Source: a virus
Lineage: Duplodnaviria > Caudoviricetes
Reading direction: 5' to 3' (one strand)
DNA length: 29,875 nucleotides
Virus record (IMG/VR): IMGVR_UViG_3300025115_000041
Coordinates: 1 to 29,875 of that record
The notes under the pieces were generated by a model. It searched no databases. It saw only the letters and a list, made by a program, of their open reading frames with translations, and had not been told where the DNA came from. Every line of letters begins with the position of its first letter. Position 1 is the first letter of the stretch. A program made the translations under genes and the position numbers. Below, one piece after another: positions 20,548-29,875 of this stretch.

Positions 20548-22641
20548 TTAAACCAGTTGATTGATGTTCCAGCGGAACGTTAATGCGCCATACGACGATC
20601 CAACAACAGCCTGGACGTCAAGCCCCGACATTTGGAATTGCAAAGCATTCACGCCTGGCGACGCATCATCGCCAGCAATTCTTACCGCAACAGCATTTGA
20701 ACCGTATGCATTGATGTAATACATCGCGGTGTGTGCGCCTGAACCTTGCTGCGAAATGGTCGCAACATAAATTTTTTGCACGTTTGTGTTGGCCAGCGTG
20801 GTCAACGTAAAAGTTTCAGCCGACCCCGATCCGGCGCTGCCAAAAAATCCGGTGGTCAAATTAAGGCTTGTTCCGATTAACGAACCGCCATTGATTTCAT
20901 ATCCGGTGATTGATTTTGTTCCCGACCTGGTGGTGATATATCCATTTGTGCCGGATGCTGCGTCAACGATGGTTCCGTTTGCGTACGAAATCATGTTGTT
21001 CGCGAACGTGATTGATCCAGCCGAATCCACGTCAGCCGCATACGGAACGGATGATCCGGTATCAACATGGAAAACGCAATCCGTTACGACTGCCGCAGTT
21101 CCAGTTTCGCATCGAACCGCGGCGGCTTCTGCGCCGGTAACAACACCACCAACACCCCAATTGTAAAATTGGCAACCGTCAACAATCACCGGTTGGTCAA
21201 TGTTGCTCACCAAATAAATTGGGTTGTGGTTCACGTCTTTGATGACGCAACCAGTAATGGCAATTGTTTTTGACCGCTGCGCTTTGACAAAGTAATCACA
21301 ATACAAATCAGCGGTTGCGCCCAACCCATTGCCGCGGATGACGATGTTGGAAATTGCGACTGCATCGCAATAATCCATGTAAATTCCGCCGTTCTTTTTG
21401 TACGTATCACCAGCCGTCGTTACCAGGTACGAATTGCTGAATTGCACTTCTTGAACCTTTTGCGCGGCAGTTCCAACCATTTCAATGATTGGGCGAACGC
21501 CAGCGGGGCTTTCCATCAACACTTCACCAGCATAAACGTTCACCATGCTGGTATTGATGTGCGTCGTGCTGGCATCAAATGGCGTCAACGTAATACACGC
21601 TGCTGCACCAGTATTGGCCCAAATGTTCACGATGCGGTTGCCGCCAGCCACAATTTTCAACGGAATACCACCGCCCGAAAATTCCGAATCGGTCACCGCG
21701 CTGTCGGAATACAAATGCAAACCAACAGCGGTCGGGTGATCCGTCGGGCTGGTGTTCATAAACACGCGGTCATAACGCGCCAAACCTTGTTTGTTGTACA
21801 CGCCAAAACTGGTGTAGTTGTACACCCCGCAATCCATCATGGTAAAGAACGCGCCATAAGTCGCATCAATACCAATTGCAGCCTTTTCGTCGCACTCAAA
21901 TCGAATTTGCGAAAACGTCAAACAGTCCGCGCCGGATGCGCCGCTGTTTCCAACACGCATGATGTGTGTTTGACCCGACGAACGGGCTTTGATGACGGTT
22001 TGCTGCGTGTCGGTGTAGTGATAAAACCCATCACCAAAATACACCGCGCCGCGGGCGTCATACGGGATCAAAAGTTCGTCAACCAGGTACACGCCCTGGG
22101 GAAAATAAACTGGTCTGTTGGTGTTTAACGCGGCCTGAACGGCTGCGGTCATATCCAACGTTGGCGCCCCACTTTGCGAATCGGTGATTTGCGCCTCGGT
22201 CATAAAGTCATGGACACAAAGGTAATCCATGAATTTTTGATGCACGGTTTTTCCAACCGATCCAGTCAAATTTCCCGAATAGTTTGCCTGACGGAATCCA
22301 ACCAGGGCATCACCCAACGCGGGGTTTGATGTGTTTGCCAGGTCGGTCGCAATGTAAGTGGAATTCACGTTGTCGTAAGTTCCAATTAAGTTGCCAGCCG
22401 AATCCTCAACAACAAATTTATAGGTCAACCCTTCGGTCAACCAAATTTCGTTTACGCGACCGGACGCGTCCAACACGATTGGATTGCTGTGTGCAATCAA
22501 TCCGGTGTAGGACGTATATGTGGCCAGGGGCGTGGTTGTTCCCGCGGCATACGTGTTGATTTTGCCGCCAGCCAGCGGAACGCCGGAATCGTCGAACAAC
22601 TGTGCGCCGACGCCCGCAAATAGTGAAATGTTCACGCCCAT
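20548..22641 (-). CDS. Tailspike with pectate-lyase-like beta-helix (putative depolymerase)
   Basis: N-terminal QLFDDSGVPLAGGKI.TYAAGTTTP..NPIVLDASGR attachment domain; D.TAAVQAAL..VYFPQGVY; beta-helix-type repeats. Confidence 0.85.
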   Translation of the reverse strand: MGVNISLFAGVGAQLFDDSGVPLAGGKINTYAAGTTTPLATYTSYTGLIAHSNPIVLDASGRVNEIWLTEGLTYKFVVEDSAGNLIGTYDNVNSTYIATDLANTSNPALGDALVGFRQANYSGNLTGSVGKTVHQKFMDYLCVHDFMTEAQITDSQSGAPTLDMTAAVQAALNTNRPVYFPQGVYLVDELLIPYDARGAVYFGDGFYHYTDTQQTVIKARSSGQTHIMRVGNSGASGADCLTFSQIRFECDEKAAIGIDATYGAFFTMMDCGVYNYTSFGVYNKQGLARYDRVFMNTSPTDHPTAVGLHLYSDSAVTDSEFSGGGIPLKIVAGGNRIVNIWANTGAAACITLTPFDASTTHINTSMVNVYAGEVLMESPAGVRPIIEMVGTAAQKVQEVQFSNSYLVTTAGDTYKKNGGIYMDYCDAVAISNIVIRGNGLGATADLYCDYFVKAQRSKTIAITGCVIKDVNHNPIYLVSNIDQPVIVDGCQFYNWGVGGVVTGAEAAAVRCETGTAAVVTDCVFHVDTGSSVPYAADVDSAGSITFANNMISYANGTIVDAASGTNGYITTRSGTKSITGYEINGGSLIGTSLNLTTGFFGSAGSGSAETFTLTTLANTNVQKIYVATISQQGSGAHTAMYYINAYGSNAVAVRIAGDDASPGVNALQFQMSGLDVQAVVGSSYGALTFRWNINQLV

Positions 22642-22653
22642 ATATTTTTTCCT

Positions 22654-23757
22654 TTATCCGCCAAATTGCACCAAGTACCAGCGCCAGGTTGTTGATCCAA
22701 ATCCTGACCCGATGACCAATTGGACATTAAGGCCGGACGTTGTAATGTTCATATCCAAAACAGGGTTTGTGTTGTCCTGATAAATGCGGAATGCGCCCGC
22801 GCTGGAACCGTAAGCATTTAACAACGCAAAAACCACGTTACCCGTACCGCCTTGTTGCGACAGCATGATGTAATAGTTTTTTTGAACGTTTGAATTAGTC
22901 AGCGTTGTGATGGTTGTTGTGCTGCTTCCCGATGCTGAAAACGAACCAGTAGATTGATAAACTGGCCCAACGCCAGTTAACGACCCGCCCGTAATGGCAA
23001 CGTTGTTGGCTGCCTGGGTGGACATTGTTCCCAGGCCGGTGATGTCGGTGTTGGGAATCGTTGATGACGCGGTAAATGCGCTGGCGCCGTTGCCTATCAA
23101 ATAGCCGGTCAGGGTGGTTGCACCGCTGCCGCCATTACCAACCGCCAGGGTTCCCGAAACGTGCGTTGTCAGGCCAATTTTCCCCCAGGAAGGGGCAACC
23201 CCAACGCCACCTGAAATCAACGCGTTGCCGGTGGCCACGTCGGCCAGTTTGGCCAGGGTTGTGGTGGTATCAGCATAAAGCAAATCACCCACGGCGTAGG
23301 ACGCAAATCCCGTACCACCATTGGCTGCAATCAAAGTACCCGCAACAGTCACGACCCCTTTGGTTGCGGTCGATGGTGTCAGCCCTGTTGTGCCAAACGA
23401 AATGGATTCAACAGCCAAATTGGCCACGGTTTCCCAGGCTGGCGCTGATCCAGTAGATTTCAAAATCGTACCGCTTGATCCAATGCCAAGTTTTGACAAT
23501 GTTGTGCCGGTGGCGTAATACAGCAAATCGCCCGCGGTGTACGAAGTCAGGCCCGTACCGCCCGCAGTTGTGGGGGTTGTTTTCCATCCAATAACTTGCA
23601 CCGCGTTGGCATTGTCTTTGTAAAACAATTTGCCGTCGGTGATATTGATGGCCAGTTCCGATCCCAACGTGCTGTTGGTCAAATTCGATGCCGACGGCAA
23701 TTGGCTTGCCGTGCTGCTCGAATAAATCAGAATTGGTGTATATCCGGTTTGTGCCAT
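22654..23757 (-). CDS. Tail fibre protein
   Basis: ELAINITDGKLFYKD N-terminus; GGTG..SY..GDLLY repeats. Confidence 0.8.
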   Translation of the reverse strand: MAQTGYTPILIYSSSTASQLPSASNLTNSTLGSELAINITDGKLFYKDNANAVQVIGWKTTPTTAGGTGLTSYTAGDLLYYATGTTLSKLGIGSSGTILKSTGSAPAWETVANLAVESISFGTTGLTPSTATKGVVTVAGTLIAANGGTGFASYAVGDLLYADTTTTLAKLADVATGNALISGGVGVAPSWGKIGLTTHVSGTLAVGNGGSGATTLTGYLIGNGASAFTASSTIPNTDITGLGTMSTQAANNVAITGGSLTGVGPVYQSTGSFSASGSSTTTITTLTNSNVQKNYYIMLSQQGGTGNVVFALLNAYGSSAGAFRIYQDNTNPVLDMNITTSGLNVQLVIGSGFGSTTWRWYLVQFGG

Positions 23758-26243
23758 TAAAATGTTCCCCCGCCCGCGCCACCAGTTGCAGTTAATACCC
23801 CTGTGGACGGATTAAATTTAAGTTTAGTCGATGACACTTTGGCGGGCAAGTTTCCGGTTGTGTTTGTCACCCAAGTCAAGTACATATCAGCAGCGGTCGT
23901 TGTGTCATCCGTGATGCCAATATTCGCTGCGTTTGTTGCGTTTGTTGCACTTCCAGCCGATCCGGCGCTGCCATCAATTGAAACGCCGGTCAGCGATTGG
24001 GTTGCGCTGGCGCGATTCAACGCAATGGTGGTTGTGCCAATGTGCAGCGACGAATTGCCCAAAACGGTTGACGGGATCGTGCCGGTCAGTTCGCCCGCGG
24101 GCAAACCAGTCAGCCCTGTGCCAGCGCCAGCAAATCCCGTTGCGGTAAAAATGCCGGTGGACGGGTTAAATTGCAGTTTGGTGCTGCTGACATATTCGGT
24201 CGTCAGGTTGCCCGTCGTGACGTTTGCAATCAACGGGTAAAACGTTGAATTGGTTGTCGTGTCGTCGGTCACGGTCGCGTAAGCGGTAGGTGTCACCCAG
24301 GAAGGGGGCGAAGTTCCGTTCGACTGCAACACCTTGTTTGCATCACCCGCGCCGGACGCCAAAAACGCCGTTGTACCGCTTGCGGATTGGTAGGGAATAC
24401 TGGCGGCTGCACCGCCCGCCAAATTCGTCGCTGTGGTCGCATTGGTGGCGTTGGTGGCTGTTCCAACGGTAATGGATGCGGGGTCAGTCCATGCGGGGGC
24501 CGATGCGCCCGCGGTCAGAATGTACGTGGACGACCCCAAACCCAGGAACGTGGTCGCGCCCGCGCCGGTTTGGTAGGGCAGCGAACCCGCAGCGCCAGCA
24601 GCCAGGTTGGTGGCTGTCGTGGCTGTGCTGGCCGATCCAGCCGAACCAGCGGTGGTTGCGTAACTGACGGACAGCGTGGATTGCGCCACGTTTGTCCATT
24701 TGGTTCCGTTCCAGGCAACCACGTCGCCGCTTGCCAGGGTTCCAAAACCCACGTCGCCTTCGTACTGGCCGAATGCGCCTCCAAATGTTGGACGCACAAA
24801 CAGCGAACCGTTGGGCGATGCTGCGTGAATAACCGCGCACACCTGGATTTTTGCGTTGGGCGCTGCGGGTGGGTTTTTGGTCAGCCCACCAGCAACCAAC
24901 GGGTTGTAATACAGGATTTGGCCATCCACCCAGGCTTCAGCGCCGCCGGTGGTGTCAACACCCCGCACCACGCCAAAGTGGGTCACATAACCCCAATTGC
25001 CCACGCCGATGTTTTCGGTGGCAATGCCCATCACATACGACGCGGTGGATGCCGTCAAACCGGACGCGGGCTGCGCTTCCAGGCCGCCGGATGCACCCAC
25101 CGAACCCGTGAACATGACAACCTGGCCATCGGAAATGGCGGCTGTGGCTTTCACGCGGTAATACGTTTCTTCGCCGATTTGCTGAACAACCGCACCACCT
25201 TGCATGGTCAGGTTCAGCGTTTTAGCATTGTCGTCGCCGTTCCAATACAAACGGCCAACCACGTCGGTGACGGTCGGGCTGGTGTTGAATTGAATGTATG
25301 TTGGCGTTGCGATTGCGCCGGTCAATCCTGACAAACTGGTGATGTCGCTGTTTGCGCCACTTGCTGCCGCGCCCAGGTTTGTCCTGGCCGTCGGCGCGTC
25401 GGATGCGCCCGTGCCGCCATGCAACACGGCAATGTCGGTGGCTTCCCAGGTTCCCGTGCCGATGGTTCCCAGCGTCGTGATGCTGGTTTGACCTGGCCAA
25501 GTGGCTGAAATTTTCAGGCCGCTGGCGCTGGCGTCCAGGGACGTGCCGTTCAGTTTGACGGAAAACGCGTTGGAAATCAGTTGCAGCCCGTCGCCCGCCG
25601 TGTACGTTCCCGCCCCCGAAAACTGCGTCCAGGGCATGGCGGTGACGCCAATCGTGCCGGTCGATGCTGCGGTCGTCACCCAGCCGGTGTTCAGCAATGA
25701 CGTTCCGGCCTCAATAAATGTGAACGCGCCTGGCACTTCAGCCCAATCGTTCATGTCCGCGGTGCGCGTCCAGCCGCTGGCGCTGGCCGCATAAATGCCG
25801 TTTTGCGCCTGGGCGGTTTGGTTTTTGACCAGGATGCGATCACCCGCGGTCAGCGCGGATGGCCAGTCGCCACCAGCCTGGGTGGAAAGGCCCGACAACG
25901 TAATGTTGTTGGTGGTCGTGTACAAACACGACGCCTTGATATCCAAACCCTGGGCGACCGAATCAACGTATGCCTTGTTGGCCACGTCAGCGTCCGCAGT
26001 AGGCGTTGCGGCCACCTGGGCGGTTGTGAAATACGCTGCTGCGGGGGCGCTTCCACCAATTACGGACGAATCAATCGTCGAATTCGTAATGGTTAACCCT
26101 GATTGAACAGGGTCAATCGGGGCAAAAAAAGGCGTTCCCGCTGGGCCAACAAGATATTGAACGGCAAACGTCGGTTCAGGGTCAAAAACGCCCTGAACCG
26201 GAACGATGTTGGTGGTCTGTTTGCTGGCGACCTGGTTGGTCAT
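23757..26243 (-). CDS. Long tail fibre protein
   Basis: ANKAYVD and GDRILVKNQT..AQNGIY motifs; GGTGAS.A..ARTNLG; duplicated ATNLA.GAA.S.PYQ and TDDTTT..SSTKL.FNPSTG repeats. Confidence 0.85.
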   Translation of the reverse strand: MTNQVASKQTTNIVPVQGVFDPEPTFAVQYLVGPAGTPFFAPIDPVQSGLTITNSTIDSSVIGGSAPAAAYFTTAQVAATPTADADVANKAYVDSVAQGLDIKASCLYTTTNNITLSGLSTQAGGDWPSALTAGDRILVKNQTAQAQNGIYAASASGWTRTADMNDWAEVPGAFTFIEAGTSLLNTGWVTTAASTGTIGVTAMPWTQFSGAGTYTAGDGLQLISNAFSVKLNGTSLDASASGLKISATWPGQTSITTLGTIGTGTWEATDIAVLHGGTGASDAPTARTNLGAAASGANSDITSLSGLTGAIATPTYIQFNTSPTVTDVVGRLYWNGDDNAKTLNLTMQGGAVVQQIGEETYYRVKATAAISDGQVVMFTGSVGASGGLEAQPASGLTASTASYVMGIATENIGVGNWGYVTHFGVVRGVDTTGGAEAWVDGQILYYNPLVAGGLTKNPPAAPNAKIQVCAVIHAASPNGSLFVRPTFGGAFGQYEGDVGFGTLASGDVVAWNGTKWTNVAQSTLSVSYATTAGSAGSASTATTATNLAAGAAGSLPYQTGAGATTFLGLGSSTYILTAGASAPAWTDPASITVGTATNATNATTATNLAGGAAASIPYQSASGTTAFLASGAGDANKVLQSNGTSPPSWVTPTAYATVTDDTTTNSTFYPLIANVTTGNLTTEYVSSTKLQFNPSTGIFTATGFAGAGTGLTGLPAGELTGTIPSTVLGNSSLHIGTTTIALNRASATQSLTGVSIDGSAGSAGSATNATNAANIGITDDTTTAADMYLTWVTNTTGNLPAKVSSTKLKFNPSTGVLTATGGAGGGTF

Positions 26244-26246
26244 GGG

Positions 26247-26588
26247 TTACCCCGCTGACAATGGGGTCACAAAGCATTCGCCGTTTGCAGCCGTACCAAT
26301 GATGCGGACGTAAAACGTGTTGCGTGGGGCTGGAATCACGATAGGGTAATTCATACTAGGCGGCAAAATCACACCAGGCGTTGAATTGCCGGACGTTGGA
26401 ACAGCCGGTGTTGCCGTGCTGGCAGCCGTAGTACCCAACGAAACCACAACGGAAGCCGTGCCGGTGTTAATCAGCGACACGTAGTTGTTTTCCACGTTGG
26501 ATTTGGGTTCGATTGCCAGGGCGGTTGAAGCGGACGACGGAACCGTGATTCGGTAGGTCGGCCCATTAGGTCTAAAACTTGGCAGCAT
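26247..26588 (-). CDS. Hypothetical virion protein
   Basis: 113 aa, beta-rich; AAGGGG RBS; between head and fibre genes. Confidence 0.7.
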   Translation of the reverse strand: MLPSFRPNGPTYRITVPSSASTALAIEPKSNVENNYVSLINTGTASVVVSLGTTAASTATPAVPTSGNSTPGVILPPSMNYPIVIPAPRNTFYVRIIGTAANGECFVTPLSAG

Positions 26589-26623
26589 ATTCGTTCCCCT
26601 TTCTTGGGAAATTATAAAGTTTC

Positions 26624-26660
26624 AAAAGGAAAAAGCCACCCCTTTTGGGGGCGGCTTTCC
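26624..26660 (-). terminator. Rho-independent terminator after the capsid genes
   Basis: AAAGCCGCCCC-caaaa-GGGGTGGCTTT then TTCCTTTT. Confidence 0.82.
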
Positions 26661-26679
26661 CGATTATTTTTCCATTCAA

Positions 26680-27105
26680 TTAAGAAAGGAAAGTTAGGTC
26701 GTAACCATAGATGTAAACGTCAGCAGTAGCAGCGGCGCCCTGGGCAGTCGTACAACGGATGTACAACTGAGAAACGTCGATTGCGTCAGTTGACGTTGCC
26801 GCCGTGACCACAACTTTTGCGCTGCTGGAATTGCCGGAAAGGGCGTAAGCCGATTTGATGGCAGTACCAGTTGCGCCAGCGCCGGTGTAAACGGCCAACT
26901 GTGCAGTTGTAAGGTTAATGGATGCGTTGGCAACGATCACCGCTTGAACGCTCACGTTGCCGGAATCGTTGACCATCTTTGCAACGGTGTCACCGACTGC
27001 ATTCAGTTCAACGCTTTGGGCCGACGCCAACAGGCGCAATGCCTGGTTGGTCGCAAGGTTCGACGGGTGGTTGGTGGTGGTAGATGCTGGGCCTGGATTA
27101 GACAT
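26680..27105 (-). CDS. Putative capsid decoration/cement protein
   Basis: 141 aa, Ala/Thr-rich; directly after the coat gene and before the terminator; AAAGGA RBS. Confidence 0.6.
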   Translation of the reverse strand: MSNPGPASTTTNHPSNLATNQALRLLASAQSVELNAVGDTVAKMVNDSGNVSVQAVIVANASINLTTAQLAVYTGAGATGTAIKSAYALSGNSSSAKVVVTAATSTDAIDVSQLYIRCTTAQGAAATADVYIYGYDLTFLS

Positions 27106-27138
27106 GATCTGTTTCCTTTCTTGGTTGTCGGTTGATGT

Positions 27139-28377
27139 TTAGGCTGCAACGCGGCAAGCCAGTTCAGGGTACAACGACGCCCAACCATACAGCACATCCA
27201 AACGGGTCGGGATGCTGTCGTTGTTGATCGTGTACTGACGAACCACGCGGATTGACAAGCCAAGTTCCTTATCGGACGCACGGCCAGCGAAGTGAACGCC
27301 ATCAGGCAGTTCCAAGTCAGCGGTTGCCAACGTGAAAGCATTGCGGTGCATGATGATGTTTTGCGGGCTGACTTCGCCGCTGTTCGCGAACGGAGTAACC
27401 ACGGCGCTGGCGCTGGTAGAAGTCACAACCACGTTCTGGAATTGACCGCCGGTGATGATGGCGGGCGAAACCGTCACGGATGTGCCGCCAGTTGCCACGG
27501 TAGTGGTTGCGGTCACAACGAAGTTGCGAAGTTTGCCGGAACCGTAGGCTGCGCGGTTTTGTGGGTTGACTGCGTACACGCCAGCGATCTGGATCACGTC
27601 GCCCTGGTTCAGGGTCAGACTTACGCTAGATGCGATGGTGATGCTAGAAGTCGAAGCCCAACCAGTCGCCAACGAACCAGTAAAGGTCGAAGTGCTGGTG
27701 GCCATTGTGCCGGTGTAGTTACCAAAAGTTTGGCTCACAATGTTCTGATCCATCTTCCAGTTCATGCCACCAGAATCACGACCCATCAGACCTTTTTGAT
27801 ACTGGGTGCTGACTTGGTTTTGAGGATTGAACAAACCTTTGAGACTGTCAACGATAGTCGCGCTGGTGAACGGTTCGATAATGCACGAACGGCGGCCATC
27901 GCGGGGTGCGCCTTCAGAATCAAGGTATGCCTGGCCAGTCAGGTAAGTGATAAGGCCAGTCGGCGGCGTGCCAGCAGTACCAACGATGTTGGCGGTGTTG
28001 TTTTTGGCCAAGGTTGCGCCGTCATAGTCAATCTTGTTGGCAATGGCAGCAATGGCGGGTTTCAACACACGGTCGCTGAACATATCAAGCGACAACGCCA
28101 AATCCTGGGTCGTGAATTGTGTGTCCACGTGGAATTGGGTTGACAGCGTGACAGGAACGCTGGTTTCGTTGAAGTCTTCAACGTTCAGGGCGGGGCCGGT
28201 AGTACCGATGAAACGACCAGGACGGCGAACGTTCAGCGTATTACCAATTTTCGCGCCCACGACGGCAAATTGATCGTCATACTCGCGGTTTACTTCGCTA
28301 GTAAAGGTCAATTCGTTTTCCAAGACCATCAACGCTTCGTTGGTGATCTTGCTAATGGTTAGCAAATTGTTGGACAT
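27139..28377 (-). CDS. Major capsid protein (P22 coat-like)
   Basis: MSNNLLT...IT.EAL..LEN.L; KIG.T..VRRP; F...DLALS.D.FS.R...PA; R.DVLYG motifs; TGAGGA RBS. Confidence 0.95.
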   Translation of the reverse strand: MSNNLLTISKITNEALMVLENELTFTSEVNREYDDQFAVVGAKIGNTLNVRRPGRFIGTTGPALNVEDFNETSVPVTLSTQFHVDTQFTTQDLALSLDMFSDRVLKPAIAAIANKIDYDGATLAKNNTANIVGTAGTPPTGLITYLTGQAYLDSEGAPRDGRRSCIIEPFTSATIVDSLKGLFNPQNQVSTQYQKGLMGRDSGGMNWKMDQNIVSQTFGNYTGTMATSTSTFTGSLATGWASTSSITIASSVSLTLNQGDVIQIAGVYAVNPQNRAAYGSGKLRNFVVTATTTVATGGTSVTVSPAIITGGQFQNVVVTSTSASAVVTPFANSGEVSPQNIIMHRNAFTLATADLELPDGVHFAGRASDKELGLSIRVVRQYTINNDSIPTRLDVLYGWASLYPELACRVAA

Positions 28378-28406
28378 GATTTTTTCCTCAAATACGGGTT
28401 AAGTTG

Positions 28407-29360
28407 TCAGCGGATTCTACGTGCTGCGCGGGCTGCTTTCCATTGCTGATACGTTCCATGGAAATTGCCATCGGCATCCAGGCCCGCATCAACGGTGTTA
28501 ACCGCACCACGCAGCGGCGAAATCGGCGCTGGCGCTTTTGACTTCCCAACAACAGGCTTCATTTCAGGGGCGCTTGCCTTTGATTCCCTCTCATAACGGG
28601 CCTCAATTTTTCCAATCTCACGGACGGCTGAAACAAGTGACATTTCGGACAACTTTTTTGCAAACTCGGTGTTTTCAGCCAAGTAATACAAAATTCGCGG
28701 CCCATGCTCTGATTCGATGATCGCATCGCGCACCGGATCGCTTACGCGAACGTCGCTGCTTTGCACCATGTCGTCAAAGTCCGGCATCTCGGATTTCACC
28801 GCGTTCACACGATCTGCCCAGGCTTTGAATTTCTGTTCCTGTTCAGCCGCGGCCTTGCGGTTCTTTTCTTCCCGATCCCGTTCTGCCAACTTTTTATCAG
28901 CGGTATATTCGGCCAACGCTTTCGCGTATTCGTACATATCGCTGAATTGTTCCGGCTTCGGTTCCTCGCCAACGTCATCCTGGGGGGCTTGCGCCTGGGG
29001 GGTGACTTTGGTTTCGTACTCCTTCAGCTTGGCTTCCAGTTGTTCACGTCTTTCACGCTCTACGCGGGCTTCCTCGCGGGCCGCTTCACGCTGTTTCGTG
29101 ATCTCTGAAAACCGCCTTTCCAACTTCGGATTGGGCTTGCGTTCCTTTTGATCCTCTGTTGCTGTCGCGTCCTTCCCTTCCCCGTCCTGTCCACTCTGAT
29201 CGTCCTGGGCATCCGGCTCGGCTGCGGCGCTGTTCGCGTCATCGCTTGCCGCCGCGGGTGCTGGCTCTGTATCAACTAGACCAAGTTTTTGGGCCGTGAA
29301 TTCCGCTAAATTCTCACTTGTCACCAGGTTACTGGCAACGCGTTCTGCTGTTTCCGACAT
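28407..29360 (-). CDS. Scaffolding protein
   Basis: Acidic coiled-coil between portal and coat; EPKPEQF, GPRILYYLAEN and SKAPAPISP motifs; basic C-terminus. Confidence 0.88.
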   Translation of the reverse strand: MSETAERVASNLVTSENLAEFTAQKLGLVDTEPAPAAASDDANSAAAEPDAQDDQSGQDGEGKDATATEDQKERKPNPKLERRFSEITKQREAAREEARVERERREQLEAKLKEYETKVTPQAQAPQDDVGEEPKPEQFSDMYEYAKALAEYTADKKLAERDREEKNRKAAAEQEQKFKAWADRVNAVKSEMPDFDDMVQSSDVRVSDPVRDAIIESEHGPRILYYLAENTEFAKKLSEMSLVSAVREIGKIEARYERESKASAPEMKPVVGKSKAPAPISPLRGAVNTVDAGLDADGNFHGTYQQWKAARAARRIR

Positions 29361-29411
29361 AGGTTCCCCTAAGAATTAACCCGATGAAAACCCATCGGTA
29401 GGTTTTGGGTT

Positions 29412-29440
29412 ATTGTCAACCCGTAATCTGTCCCTGTCAA
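29412..29440 (-). promoter_or_regulatory. Sigma70 promoter upstream of scaffold/coat
   Basis: TTGACA-17 bp-GACAAT immediately after the portal stop. Confidence 0.65.
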
Positions 29441-29875
29441 TCACATTACGCCAGGGGGCATTGGTTGGCCTTGCGGCTGTCCCATTGGCTGCCCCATTTC
29501 AGGCTGCATTGGTGCTTGCATAGGTTGTTGCATTGGCGGCTGCGCCATCAATTCCTGGCCAGCCTGAATAAATGGGTTGCCGGTGTCGTTTACTTCCATT
29601 TCCGCAAATGCCGCGGCGTCTTTTTGTTCCTGGTTGCGCCGTTCCATTTCGGCGGCCAATGCCTGTTGGGGCAGTCCGGCCAGCACCAGGCGAACCATGG
29701 CGTCCAGTTCCATCTTGTTTTGGTCGGTCACGGCCTTGATGTTCGACTGGTTGACCTTGGCTTCGTTGATCGTGTCGGTGTTGTAGGCGCGGCTGATTAC
29801 GTCCATCAACTTGCGACGGTTTTGGCCGTCTTCCTTGATCTGCGCGACCTGGCCACGGTTGTTGATTTCCAACTG
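29441..29875 (-). CDS. Portal protein C-terminus (partial)
   Basis: Open to the window edge; helical then Gln/Pro/Met-rich tail; position upstream of scaffold. Confidence 0.75.
   Translation of the reverse strand, partial: QLEINNRGQVAQIKEDGQNRRKLMDVISRAYNTDTINEAKVNQSNIKAVTDQNKMELDAMVRLVLAGLPQQALAAEMERRNQEQKDAAAFAEMEVNDTGNPFIQAGQELMAQPPMQQPMQAPMQPEMGQPMGQPQGQPMPPGVM

Larger units (their letters stand above)
1..29875. mobile_element. Tailed phage genome segment (P22-like podovirus morphogenesis module plus lambdoid replication/recombination module)
   Basis: Contiguous portal-scaffold-coat-fibres-gp4-gp10-ejection-lysis genes, Cro/replication/Nin genes and ERF/YqaJ genes; no bacterial housekeeping context. 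Confidence 0.97.

Noticed and set aside
20548-23757. Diversity-generating retroelement or invertible tail-fibre system behind the duplicated C-termini
   Set aside because: Similarity is at protein level with divergence not limited to adenines; no reverse transcriptase, invertase or inverted crossover sites seen
26611-26616. TATAAT after the capsid terminator as a promoter
   Set aside because: No matching -35 or extended -10; could be chance in an AT-rich gap, so left uncalled
24387-28143. Long plus-strand ORFs (24387-25331, 27292-28143 and similar)
   Set aside because: Antisense shadows of strongly codon-biased structural genes; no RBS or motifs
1-29875. tRNA or rRNA genes
   Set aside because: No cloverleaf or T-loop signature seen in the few intergenic gaps; tRNAscan-SE would confirm

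Overview
The whole window is phage DNA from a P22-like podovirus with a lambdoid early region. Gene content and sigma70-type promoters suggest a proteobacterial host, but this is an inference. The minus strand carries two blocks. From 29875 down to 10201 lie the portal C-terminus, scaffold, P22-type coat, three fibre/tailspike genes, gp4- and gp10-like tail proteins split by an HNH gene, a GNAT, three ejection proteins, three holin-like genes and an M15 endolysin. From 5876 down to 1 lie a Cro-like gene, the replication module with an iteron origin, Nin-like genes, a ferritin-like gene, a zeta-toxin-like P-loop kinase and GroES. A plus-strand early operon (6039-10232) encodes LPD29, small ORFs, ERF, a YqaJ exonuclease and an SSB-like protein. 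No CI repressor or integrase is visible. The most striking feature is a 716-bp array of two integron-type gene cassettes (6925-7640) inside the early operon. Its two attC sites are on the minus strand while both cassette ORFs read on the plus strand, so they face the phage early promoter. The junctions reconstruct an empty G|AT target with attI-like geometry overlapping a promoter -35 box, and there is no intI in the window. All family assignments are by eye from motifs and synteny; no searches were run.
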